From Guillardia theta CCMP2712 (taxonomy: Eukaryota; Protista; Cryptophyta): DNA of 64,000 nucleotides. Both the position numbers and the translations under genes were made by a program. Shown here piece by piece: positions 42,315 through 54,657 of the stretch. Location: positions 117,080 to 181,079 of the forward strand of contig NW_005434552.1 of assembly GCF_000315625.1 (NCBI RefSeq). The letters run 5' to 3'. The first letter of the stretch is position 1. Every line of letters starts with the position of its first letter. The notes beneath the pieces were generated by a model. That model was not told the origin of the DNA, searched no databases, and saw only the letters and a program-made list of their open reading frames with translations.

Positions 42315-43174
42315 CCCCTCAGTCTCTCGGGCCCCTCATCCGCGAGCTCTGACCCACCCCCGGGCCAGGACGGCCCCTCGTCCTCGAGTCCTCACCTGAG
42401 CTCTAGGGGGCTTGAGCTTGCTCGTGCGAGGGGGGGCAGGCGCGAGAGAAGAGAGTCGAGGCGATGACTGGAGTGATGTTGGGGACGGAAGGGGAGGGTA
42501 GACGGTCTACTGCTGCTGCTGCTGCTCCCTCCCCTTCCTTCTTGCTCTCCGCCCTGCCGCCATGCGCCGGGCGTCCGCCTGGGCGTGGTGATTTTTTTAG
42601 GAGATTTTTTTGTTAGTCTTTTTTAGTCTTTGTTTGGTCGGGTAGGGTGGGTGGAGTGTAGGGGGTAGGGGTGAAATTTGAAAGTGTATGTGCGGTTTCG
42701 GCGTTTGATTTTGGTCATCCTGCAGGAGTACGGAGGGGTGCTTTAGAGGGTGTGCGGTTGGGGTAAAAGGGAGGGGTAGGGGGTAGACAGACCGGATGTT
42801 CAGGGAGTGGGGAGGGGTCCAAAAAGGGTCACGACGACCCGTACTGCATCCCAATCGCTCCAACTTGCTGATGGGACGATACTCTTTGCTGTTTTTTTAC
42901 ACCTCAATCTTGGTCAAACCATTTGTCTTGCGAGTGCGAATCGTGAAGAAGAATGCTGCAAATGAGCACAGTTTGTTTTGATGTTTCAAAGATGCAGAGA
43001 ACAACAACGATAAAGGCCCAAAAACACATTATTCGACTTCAAAGCATGCATGCTGATTTCATTTGGCAGTGATTCCCATACAAGATTCAATCTTATTGAT
43101 ATCAGAGAAGACAAATATAAGGGAAACTGAAAGAAAAGTTATCATCATCACCCATGAGCAATTCAGCAATGAGC

Positions 43175-46100
43175 ATGCAGTACGGGTTGTCGTGACCCTT
43201 TTTGGACCCCTCCCCCACTCCCTGAACATCCGGTCTGTCTACCCCCTACCCCCCCTTTTACCCCAACCGCACACCCTCTAAAGCACCCCTCCGTACTCCT
43301 GCAGGATGACCAAAATCAAACGCCGAAACCGCACATACACTTTCAAATTTCACCCCTACCCCCTACACTCCACCCACCCTACCCGACCAAACAAAGACTA
43401 AAAAAGACTAACAAAAAAATCTCCTAAAAAAATCACCACGCCCAGGCGGACGCCCGGCGCATGGCGGCAGGGCGGNNNNNNNNNNNNNNNNNNNNNNNNN
43501 NNNNNNNNNNNNNNNNNNNNNNNNNNNNNNNNNNNNNNNNNNNNNNNNNNNNNNNNNNNNNNNNNNNNNNNNNNNNNNNNNNNNNNNNNNNNNNNNNNNN
43601 NNNNNNNNNNNNNNNNNNNNNNNNNNNNNNNNNNNNNNNNNNNNNNNNNNNNNNNNNNNNNNNNNNNNNNNNNNNNNNNNNNNNNNNNNNNNNNNNNNNN
43701 NNNNNNNNNNNNNNNNNNNNNNNNNNNNNNNNNNNNNNNNNNNNNNNNNNNNNNNNNNNNNNNNNNNNNNNNNNNNNNNNNNNNNNNNNNNNNNNNNNNN
43801 NNNNNNNNNNNNNNNNNNNNNNNNNNNNNNNNNNNNNNNNNNNNNNNNNNNNNNNNNNNNNNNNNNNNNNNNNNNNNNNNNNNNNNNNNNNNNNNNNNNN
43901 NNNNNNNNNNNNNNNNNNNNNNNNNNNNNNNNNNNNNNNNNNNNNNNNNNNNNNNNNNNNNNNNNNNNNNNNNNNNNNNNNNNNNNNNNNNNNNNNNNNN
44001 NNNNNNNNNNNNNNNNNNNNNNNNNNNNNNNNNNNNNNNNNNNNNNNNNNNNNNNNNNNNNNNNNNNNNNNNNNNNNNNNNNNNNNNNNNNNNNNNNNNN
44101 NNNNNNNNNNNNNNNNNNNNNNNNNNNNNNNNNNNNNNNNNNNNNNNNNNNNNNNNNNNNNNNNNNNNNNNNNNNNNNNNNNNNNNNNNNNNNNNNNNNN
44201 NNNNNNNNNNNNNNNNNNNNNNNNNNNNNNNNNNNNNNNNNNNNNNNNNNNNNNNNNNNNNNNNNNNNNNNNNNNNNNNNNNNNNNNNNNNNNNNNNNNN
44301 NNNNNNNNNNNNNNNNNNNNNNNNNNNNNNNNNNNNNNNNNNNNNNNNNNNNNNNNNNNNNNNNNNNNNNNNNNNNNNNNNNNNNNNNNNNNNNNNNNNN
44401 NACTTGTCGTGCGAGGACGAGGAGGAGATGTGAAGAGGGGAGGGAGGACGAGGAGGAGATGTGAAGAGGGGAGGGGCGTCAGCGGAGGCATAGAGGATAG
44501 CATACATGCTGTTGTAAGATGCAAGGAGATACAAACATAACAGCGCTGACAGGAGAAAACGTCAGCATGCCCGTCGCTCTCCCTCCCATCACCGGTCGCC
44601 CTGTACTCTCTGTCCTCCCCATCGCTTGTCGGCTTGCTGCTCACTCTCCATCCGTCTCGTCCTCATCCCCGTCGCTTTCGCATTCTCCTGTCATCTACTA
44701 CCTACCCGGCAGAGTGTATGCCTGACAGAAGAAAACGACAGAAGAAAACGTCAGCATTGATTAACCTGACCCATGTCTGCTGCCCATCCCCCGACCTCCT
44801 CCTCCTCAACGACACGACGTTGACGTCTTTGCGCTTCAGGCTCTCGCTGGCCTGCCCGCGCGCTGCCTCCTTGCTCCCTCCTGCTCCAGTCTGTTGAGTC
44901 GTCGCCTCCTCTCGCTGCTGCCCGTCGCTCTCCCTCCCATCACCGGTCGCCCTGTACTCTCTGTCCTCCCCATCGCTTGTCGGCTTGCTGCTCACTCTCC
45001 ATCCGTCTCGTCCTCATCCCCGTCGCTTTCGCATTCTCNNNNNNNNNNNNNNNNNNNNNNNNNNNNNNNNNNNNNNNNNNNNNNNNNNNNNNNNNNNNNN
45101 NNNNNNNNNNNNNNNNNNNNNNNNNNNNNNNNNNNNNNCTACCCGGGAGAGTGTATGCCTGCATGCACATGTCAGACATGTCGGCACTGCATGGCTTGCC
45201 CTCTATGCCCGTATCGTCCCCCTCCTGCCTGCGTCTCTATCGCTCTTCCTCTNNNNNNNNNNNNNNNNNNNNNNNNNNNNNNNNNNNNNNNNNNNNNNNN
45301 NNNNNNNNNNNNNNNNNNNNNNNNNNNNNNNNNNNNNNNNNNNNNNNNNNNNNNNNNNNNNNNNNNNNNNNNNNNNNNNNNNNNNNNNNNNNNNNNNNNN
45401 NNNNNNNNNNNNNNNNNNNNNNNNNNNNNNNNNNNNNNNNNNNNNNNNNNNNNNNNNNNNNNNNNNNNNNNNNNNNNNNNNNNNNNNNNNNNNNNNNNNN
45501 NNNNNNNNNNNNNNNNNNNNNNNNNNNNNNNNNNNNNNNNNNNNNNNNNNNNNNNNNNNNNNNNNNNNNNNNNNNNNNNNNNNNNNNNNNNNNNNNNNNN
45601 NNNNNNNNNNNNNNNNNNNNNNNNNNNNNNNNNNNNNNNNNNNNNNNNNNNNNNNNNNNNNNNNNNNNNNNNNNNNNNNNNNNNNNNNNNNNNNNNNNNN
45701 NNNNNNNNNNNNNNNNNNNNNNNNNNNNNNNNNNNNNNNNNNNNNNNNNNNNNNNNNNNNNNNNNNNNNNNNNNNNNNNNNNNNNNNNNNNNNNNNNNNN
45801 NNNNNNNNNNNNNNNNNNNNNNNNNNNNNNNNNNNNNNNNNNNNNNNNNNNNNNNNNNNNNNNNNNNNNNNNNNNNNNNNNNNNCCTTGTCCCTCATGTT
45901 CCAGTCGTCCCGTATCTCCGTCGCTCGGGCATGCTCAAGTCTGACGCTGCTCTCTCTCTATCGCCACCAGCGCCCTGCCCGCCCTTGGACCATTCCATGT
46001 CGTCCAACCTCCTCATGTTTGTGTTCGATTTTGTTCTCTCCTTGCTTGCTTGTACAACATGTTGACATGCACTGAGCTCTTTTTTCCTGCGTGTCTGCCG

Positions 46101-47587
46101 TACCCTGGTCTCCTCCTCCTCCCCTGCCCCCCCCTGCCCAACCCCCTCTCCTCCTCCTCTTGCTTTCCCAGCGCAGTCGCCCTTGTGACCTTTGCAACCA
46201 TCACCAACTTTTAACTTCCTCCTCCTCCCTTTTTCCTATTTGATCGCTTGGGATGTTTGCTGTGGGCCCTTCACCTCAACCACCGCCACCATCTGCTCTC
46301 CTCCTTCGCTTGCTTGTACAACATGTTGACATGCACTGAGCTCTTTTTCCTGCGTGTCTGCCCTACTTTCGTTTCTCTCCCATCAGCGTGCATGCTGTAA
46401 ACTTTCAAGCCTTGTCGCCTCGCCTGCTGAGCTCTCCGACCCATCTCATGCCCTCACTCACGCCTCGTCAACCATGACTCCCTCCTCTCTACCCCAGCAT
46501 CCCCTCTCGCCCTCGGCTTCCTCCCGCCTCGTCAACTATTCCCGCATCTCTGCCAACAAGGTTTCGTTCCCCTGTGTCGTCGTGATGCCTCCCTCCCTGG
46601 ATCCTGCATGTTCTCCTGTCCTGCTCTCTTCCTTCCCCTTCACATCTGGTACTCATCTTGTCACCTACACCACAACAATGTCTTGCATGCCCTACGCTTC
46701 TCTCCCTCTCTCCCAATCCCGTCCCCTACGCCTCCTCCCCGGTCCCCTNNNNNNNNNNNNNNNNNNNNNNNNNNNNNNNNNNNNNNNNNNNNNNNNNNNN
46801 NNNNNNNNNNNNNNNNNNNNNNNNNNNNNNNNNNNNNNNNNNNNNNNNCCCCTCCCTCCTCCCCCCTTCCCCCCTCCCCCCGTGCTCTGCCCCTGCCCGC
46901 CGACCTTCGCCTCCCGCCGCCTCCTCCCTGCGACCAATCTCCGTCGCCATGGCAGGAAGGCGACAGGAGTCTCGAGGGTGGGGTGGTGAGGGAGCCAAAC
47001 AAGGGGGTGCATCCTCCCCCCTGCAAGCTCCTTGACGCTAGGCCGAGACCCCACCCCTGCTCCTCCCATCACCCCACCTCTCCCGATCCCACCGCTTCAC
47101 CCCTCGCCTCCCTCCTCCCANNNNNNNNNNNNNNNNNNNNNNNNNNNNNNNNNNNNNNNNNNNNNNNNNNNNNNNNNNNNNNNNNNNNNNNNNNNNNNNN
47201 NNNNNNNNNNNNNNNNNNNNCGCCCACCCCCACCCCGGCTGGCTGGGCTCCCAGGCTCATCGAAACACCCCTCCCGTCTCTCTACACCACCCGTCCGGCG
47301 AGCTCGCATGCCCTGCCCTGCCTCCTCCATCACTCTGCCCCCTCCCCCTGCGTGTTTCTTGATCACTGAAGGCTTGGTCTCTGATCTACCTGCAGATCCC
47401 TTCCTCCCCTTGCCGTCGGCTCTGACGTCGTTCTACTCTCCTGCTTCCTCCCATCGCTCCCGCCCACAGTCTTCCTTCCCCTCAGGAAAGCGCTCGTCCG
47501 TGGCTCAGAGCAGCGCACAGGACGCACGTGAGAGTGAGAGACAGACAGACAGACAGGCAGGCAGGCAGACAGACAGGCAGACAGGCA

Positions 47588-47624
<37 letters not shown>

Positions 47625-47679
47625 ACAGACAGGCAGGCAGGCAGGCAGACAGACAGGCAGGCAGGCAGGCAGACAGACA

Positions 47680-47712
<33 letters not shown>

Positions 47713-48621
47713 ACAGGCAGGCAGGCAGACAGACAGACAGAGCTGGGGCATGAATGTACTCTCTCCTCTCTCACACACATCTTAAGACTGACCCTCGTCA
47801 CCTTCGGTCATCTCTGCCTCCGTCCTCTCGTGACCACGCATGCTTGTCTCCTTCCTACACTTCTAGTCCGTCTCTGCTTCATGCTTTCATCTTCATGCGG
47901 CAACAAGCTCTTCTCGATCGCTCCGCTCTCTTCCCTCTCGCAGGATGTGCATGGCAAGCAATACGAGCACGAGGCCACATGTCTACTCTGATGAGGGACG
48001 CGGGGAGCAAGAAGCCCGAGAGACAACGTGGAAGAGTGAGGGTAAGAGGGAGGGGTGAAATGAAGAGCAGGCTGAAAGGGGAGGATTCAGAGAAGCGCAC
48101 AACACGTGATCTTGTAAAAGATGTTTCTTTGTGAGAGTAAATCTCATTATCGCATGCATCTTTCTGTCTCTCTTTCACACACAGGAAATGTCGATTTCCT
48201 CCTTTGTCTTTCAACTTCACTTTCGCGCTCGCTCGCTTTTTCGCTCTTCTTCTATCAGCCTAATGCAAAATCCCTTCTTGCTCACCTCGTCCTCTCCCTT
48301 CTCTCTCCTCCCTCTCCCTCCTCCATCAGCCCATGCAGCCTTCCATCACGCTCTGATCGCGTTGAGCGAGATCGCCTGACGTCGCTGTGCATGATGCGAT
48401 CGCTGACCCGCTGCTGCTGTGATCTGCATGTGACTTCCAGGCCTGCCATGAGACAGAGGATGCAGCACGAAGATACCGGGACCGCCTCGCACCCTCCGAT
48501 TCTCATTATGCAATCAGACAAATACATGTAAATGCACCACACGGCATCCTTGAGGAAATGCAGAGATGAAAGGGAGATAGCTTCACAGCTTCTTCATTAC
48601 ATCCAGAATACATCTACTTCA
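43175..48621 (-). repeat. Right arm of the large inverted repeat (no retrotransposon)
   Basis: Mirror of 31498-33614 + 39994-42849 with small indels; several N gaps. Confidence 0.92.
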
Positions 48622-49544
48622 TCTCATACCCCCTACACACGCACACACGCACGTACACTACTATTTCGAGACTTGTTAAATCACAACAGCAGCTCCAAAC
48701 AGACAAGGTGTTCAGGTTTGATCACGCAAACTTCATCATTTTGCTCTGCGACATGTAGAGCTCTTGCTCTGCACACCAAAGTCTCTCCTAATCACCTCAA
48801 CCCTCTTAGACGTTGTATCATCTGTTCACTGTTCTACGAGTAGCTTCGTCAACGCCTACAACTTTGGTACTGCTCTTCTGTGTTGTCATTAATGACCCAA
48901 GTGCTCTAGTGCGGAAAAAAGAAAGAAAGCTCTCATCGATAAAGGAGAGTCTTTGCTGTCTGCACTCGTAAGTGATCTGTTCTCGCCTTTCTACTGCAAT
49001 CGGTAATCTACGCTGACTGTTCATGCTAGTTTGTAGATCGAACGAACAAAAAGTTCTACAGTTTGTCAATTCAACAGAGCAAAGATCAGCATCAACAACC
49101 ACCAAAGTGTAAAAAGAGCTCAAATCGACAACAGAACAAATCATTTCAACCCGGTAGACATGCTCTCCTGCATTTTGAACCACTTCCCTTCGATTGAACA
49201 TCGGACCCCCAATCACACCAGGTTTTCTGTTGCCTTCCATGTTCGCTCAGCGTCGAGGAGTTCGAGGGCAGCAGGGACACAAAGAAGCGATGTGAGGAGA
49301 GGAAGAGGAAGGAGTGAGAATGGCTGCAGGTCCGCAGGAGAGGAGAACGGGACTAGCTGCTGCTCGTGAAGGGCGAAAACTATTCGCCCCCGCTTGCCCT
49401 ACCACCGGTGGGCTCACAGTCAAATGTCTACCTACCCTATACATCCACTGCAATTCATAAGAAAAAGTACCGGTACTGGCGGCGGTATGCGGGCCCAGTA
49501 CCATTCAATCACACAGTCATGACCAAGGGCATTTGAAAAAAATT

Positions 49545-50385
49545 CACCCCCGCGCGTTCGGACTTCGCCGACGCGGCCACAACTCGGAAGTTCTTCAACG
49601 GAAGTTCGGCGGCCCGACCCGGCCCGGACTGTCACGGGCCGGGCCGAGTCCGGCCCCATGCCGGCCCCGCCGCCGACTCGGTACGGTCTGTCGGCCCGGA
49701 CAGTGACTCAGCCGGGCTGCGAGTCCGATCACTGCCCGGGGCCCGGGCCGGGGCGGCGGCGGGCCGGGCGGCCGCCGCCGGCCGCCGCCGCAAATTTGGC
49801 AAATTCGGACTCCGGGGGGCCCGGCCGATTGAACGGTTGCGGCCACCGTGGCTCCGTGTGATCGGACCGCGCGGCCCGGCCCGGCGGATCGTTCGACACA
49901 GCGGCGGGGGGCCGGGGTGAGCACCGGGCGGCCCGGCAACTTCGTGTACCGTGACTCTGTGATGCCAAGGCCCGCCTCCCAGGCTCACGGCCGCCCCGGC
50001 CCGCCCGCCGGTGGCGGGCCAGGCCCCTGCGGCCGGGCCCGGCTTAAGTCCTCCAGGCTTGCCGCTTGAACCGTTGAACGGCTGTGGCGGCCAGCACCGT
50101 GGCAGTGGCTTTAAGTTGCTACTTGAAGTTGCAGTGCAGTTACGACTCCGACGGCGGCCCGCCGCCGGTCGCCGGGCGGCCGCCCGGGGGCGACCCGGCC
50201 CGGGGCCGCCCGGCCGGTCACGGCCGCCGTCGGAGCGGCCGGCGCCGGCCCGGCCCTGCGGTTGGACACGGTGACCCGGGACCGTACCGTCGGACTCCGG
50301 GACTCGACTGACTCACCGTGAGTTACTCCGGCCCGCCGGCGGCCCGCCGGGCCCGCGGGCCGGCCCGGTCCGGGGGCCCGGCGGT
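49545..50385. other. Very GC-rich non-coding tract, right flank of the palindrome
   Basis: Composition; counterpart at 29881-30560. Confidence 0.6.
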
Positions 50386-51305
50386 GTGAACTTGACTTAC
50401 GGTACTTACTACTGTCTTTTTTTTTTATTTTAGAACTGTAAGATGATTATGGGTTGGTGGTCCTTCTAACAAGGGTAGGTAGGGATAATACAAGTACCGG
50501 TACTTTTGAAAGGAAGAAGGGGGGTTATATACTGTAATTTATCATAACAAGCGGGTGGGGTAGGAATGGAACAAAAAGCACTAGGTACCTGTTTGTTGCG
50601 AGGGTAGGGTACATACGATGTATACCTGGGTGGGGTCATCTATTGTATGTTTCCGCACGTGTGCCAAGGTGATGGTGGGGTACCATCACATGTAGGGTAG
50701 GTGAAGATATTATGAGATGTAAATGGTATCGGGGGTGGTATATTGTGAAAAGGGTGGGGGTACTCGGGTATGGGGTAGGTAGTGACTTGAGCGTTCTTAC
50801 GGGGTGGGGTATGTAGCAAAATGGGGTGCAATCTGACTAGGGGTGGTGTTGTATAGTCAGGAAGCTACGCAATGGCACTGTGAATCATGAAGGCTGCAAG
50901 GAGGAGGAGGAGGAGGAGGAGGAGGAGGAGCAGCAGCAGCACGAAGGAGAGATGAGGTTGAGGAGATAGTTGAGAACATGGCAGAGATGGTAGAACGAAG
51001 ATGACATATACTGCAAGAAAGTAGATCAAACTCGTGCATTTCGAAGAAACCCCATGATGAATATGAACGAGAGCGAGAATGTCGATGAATTGAGCGGATT
51101 GATACTGAATCAACATCGCAGGTCGATGGAATATAGCCTGTGATCATTATCTTTCAGCTTGTCACGCAGAGAAGAGAAGAAAATACAACCCCAAGTGTAT
51201 TTCACACAGCGGGTCTCCGTGGATACAGAATTTTGACAGGTTTCTCTTGAGGGTGACACATCATCGCGAGTAGTACAAGTTCGAACACGATTGCAGGAGG
51301 TCAGA

Positions 51306-52938
51306 ATGGTGAGGTTTGGAGAGATGTTCAAAGATCTTGTCTTTGCTGATTGGGCAGAGGGATATATCATGTACCACCATCTCAAGCCTCTCGTCAAGAG
51401 AGTAGGGTTGATCATGGGAGACCGGGACCGGGTGGCGAACCTACGGTTTGTGCAGAGGGGCCAGGAGGATGCGGAAGAGGCGTTCTGGCTGGCCCTGGAG
51501 CAGGAGATCGGGAAGGCCAACAACTTCTACCAGGTCCAGATGAAGAGGGTAGAGGAACAGATGTCAAGCATAACGTGGGAGATGGACAAAGTGAAGCGGC
51601 TGCAGGAGGTCCTGATTGACGAGGGGCTCCTGACTGACTTCCTTCCCAACGGCCTCTACGGCCCCAAGACGCTGGACGCCATGGCGAGGTACAAGGGGAC
51701 GGTCGAGCTGCCCGATGCTTCTCCTGCCTCGCTCGACGAGATCGCCAACTTCTATGCTACCCTTGACAGGCTGCAGGAGTTTGTGATCCTCAACTACGTC
51801 GGTGAGCTGATCGATCTGCTTGCTTCCTCCTTCTCACCTCCCTGCAGTCATCGCCAAGATCGTCAAGAAGTACATCAAGAACGCCAAGTCCGACGCCATG
51901 CGGGTCAGGGTGCTGGACTTGCTGCCCAGCTGGCAGATCTTCGCCACTCCAGGGCTGGTTGACCTCATGTGCAAGGCGGAGGCGCTGGTGGCAGGAGACG
52001 TGGCGGTGGGGACGGCGAGGGTGATGGAGGGAGAGGCCTGGATCGAGAGCAGAGTCATCTACAGCCGCATCATGTCACTTGCCGCTCGAGCAGAGAAGGA
52101 AGTATCGTTTCCTCCTCTCCCCTTCACCGTCTACTCGCGCTCCAAGCTCGACATGGAACCGCAGCTGCAGTGCGCTAGTGTTGCAGAGGACTGCCTCACA
52201 ACAGCCCTCAAGGAGTGCCAGAGCCCGGTGGCTCACCCGGCAAGGACCAGGAAGAAGGAGGGGTGGTCGTCCACCCATCTGTCGCAGGACCCCGTCCTGT
52301 GACGCACGAGGTCGTGGGGAAGCAGCGAAAGGTGTACAAGGTTGCGCTAACAGGAGGGCCGTGTGCTGGGAAGACAAGCTCGCTGACCAGCATCGCCGAC
52401 TACTTCAGAGGGCTGGGATGGCGAGTGTACGTGGCTAAGGAGTCAGCATCGATCGTGCTAGGAGGAGGAGTCAACTTTGCCAACCTCAACTCGGAGCAGA
52501 TCTTTGAGGTGCAGCTCGCGATTGTGAGGAATATGATGACGCTGGAAAGCTCGTACGAGGCCATCTGCATGGCGAGCGATCAGGGGGAGAAGTGTATGGT
52601 TGTGTGCGACCGAGGTATCATGGACGCGTCTGTCTACTGCGATCATGCCACATGGATGAGGGTGATGGAGAGCGTCGGGTTGGATCACTCGAGCGCGTGC
52701 GATGCGAGGTGAAGGAGGAGGAGGAGGAGGAGGAGGAGGAGAAGGATAGAAAAAGATTATGCTGCTGCTGCCGTTGGTGCTTGTGATGGTGATGGAAGCT
52801 TTTATGACGGGACATGTTCGATGGTCTCGTGATTCATGTGATGATCAATGCTTGGCAGGTATGATGGGGTCTTGCACTTGGTTACAGCAGCTGATGGAGC
52901 AGAAGAACATTACAACTTGGTGAGAAGATGTCAACAAT

Positions 52939-52974
<36 letters not shown>

Positions 52975-54657
52975 TCCTCCTCCTCCTCCTCCTCCTCCTC
53001 CTCCTCCTCCTCCTCCTCCCCGCTCCGTCGCTCCGTCGCTCCGTCGCTCGCTCGCTCGCTCGTGCTTGTTCTTGTGCTCCTGTACTCCCAGCTCTTGGTG
53101 ATGACGATGCTCGCTTCCTCTGACCTCTCCCCCTCCTCATCCTCCGCAGGAGAGCAACACCGAAGGGGTCAGGACGGAAACGGCGGACCAGGCGCGGCAT
53201 CTCGACAAGAAGACTCACTCAGCATGGCGCTCGCACCCCTGGCTCACCTTCATCGACAACTCCACCGACTTCAACAACAAGGTCAAGAGGGCAGTCGCCG
53301 CCATCTGCGGCATCGTCGGCGAGCAGGCGCCCAACTGGACGCTGAGGAGGAGAAAGTTTCTTGTTTCCTCGGCAAACTTGCGGCAGAGTGGGCTAGACGT
53401 GACTACCTCGGACTGCGACTACACGTACCTCGTGAGCACGGACGGGAAGCAGCATCGGCTGAGGAGGAGGGTGGCGGACGGAGGCGTGCTCTACACACAC
53501 ATCAAGAGGAGCGTCAATGAGAGGGGGGAGACTATGGACGTCAAGTGCAACATCGATCGCAGGAGCTACCTCGAGCTCCTGTCCCACCAGGACCCCGATA
53601 GACTTCCCATCCGCGTTGTCCGACAGGTCCTCCACCTACTCCTTGCCCCTCCTCCTCCTCCTCTTGCTCCTCCTCCACCACCTTTTCTCTCTCCTCCTCC
53701 TCCTACCGCCTTGTCCCCTTCCCTTCCCATGCATCCCTCTCCTCCTTCCTGTTCCCGCCCGCTCCTCGTACACCAGCACTTCCCTGTCAAGCTATCTCGT
53801 CATCCCTTCCTCCCTCCCTCCGCCTTCTCTCCTCTTCCTCCTCTTCATTCACATCGTCTCTCACTTTTCTCCTCCTTCATTCAGACGTTTGTCTGGAAGA
53901 ATCGTCACTTCTGTCTCAACAACATCTTATGCGCTGCCCCCTCATCCAACGACCGCCAGGTAGTCCAACCGTAGCCTTCCTCCCCTCCCTCCCTCCTTTT
54001 CCTCCCCTCCCTCTCCCCGTTTCCTCCCCTCCCTCGACTTTCTCTGCTCTGCTCTGCTCTGCTCTGCTCTGCTCTGCTCTCACTCTCTCAGCAGTCCCCG
54101 AGAGCCTTCGGCAGCATCACTATCTTGAACTGCTGGTGTGAGGATGACGCCAACCTGATCCTCCCACCTCCTGAAGTGAGACCCTCCCTCCCTACCCCCG
54201 CCCTTCCCTTCCTCCTCATGCAGCTGATCGACTGCTGGGCTAGGTTGTCCAGATGGAGAAGGAGGTGACAGGAATGCTCGAATACTCCCTCTTCTACCTC
54301 TCACAAGTCAGTTCCTCCTCCTCCTCNNNNNNNNNNNNNNNNNNNNNNNNNNNNNNNNNNNNNNNNNNNNNNNNNNNNNNNNNNNNNNNNNNNNNNNNNN
54401 NNNNNNNNNNNNNNNNNNNNNNNNNNAAGTCCAGTTCCTCCCTTCCCTCCTCCCCTTCCCCCTCCCCCCTCCTCGTCCTCCCCCTCCCCCTCCCCCTCCC
54501 CCTCTTCCTCCTCCTCGCCCTTGTCCTCGTCCTTCTGTACCCCCCCCTCCTCCTCCCCCTCCTCTGTTCTCATCGCTTTGCTTTTCTCTTCATTTTTCTG
54601 GTTTTTCTTAGACTTGAGCAGGTCAATCCCAACAAGCTCAAGGAAGCAGGAAGTTGA
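51306..54657 (+). CDS. SPX domain (with peptidoglycan-binding-like insert) fused to a Ttd14/NadR-type AAA_28 P-loop domain and a CYTH-like domain (multi-exon)
   Basis: SPX: MVRFG, W..GYIMYHHLK, FWLALEQEIGKANNFY, FVILNYV|VIAKIVKKYIK; P-loop KVALTGGPCAGKT, VCDRGIMD, RYDGVLHLVTAADGAE; CYTH-like RRKFLV..YTYL..HRLRRR..YTH..RQTFVW. Confidence 0.8.

Larger units (their letters stand above)
31498..42849 (+). repeat. Left arm of a large inverted repeat (includes the LTR retrotransposon)
   Basis: Reverse complement of 43175-48621; identical mirrored ORFs, e.g. 31577-31837(+) vs 48282-48542(-). Confidence 0.92.

Noticed and set aside
31498-48621. Palindrome as a pure assembly artefact of one sequence
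   Set aside because: The arms differ by a TSD-flanked LTR insertion, several indels and a templated insertion; allelic mis-scaffolding is still not formally excluded
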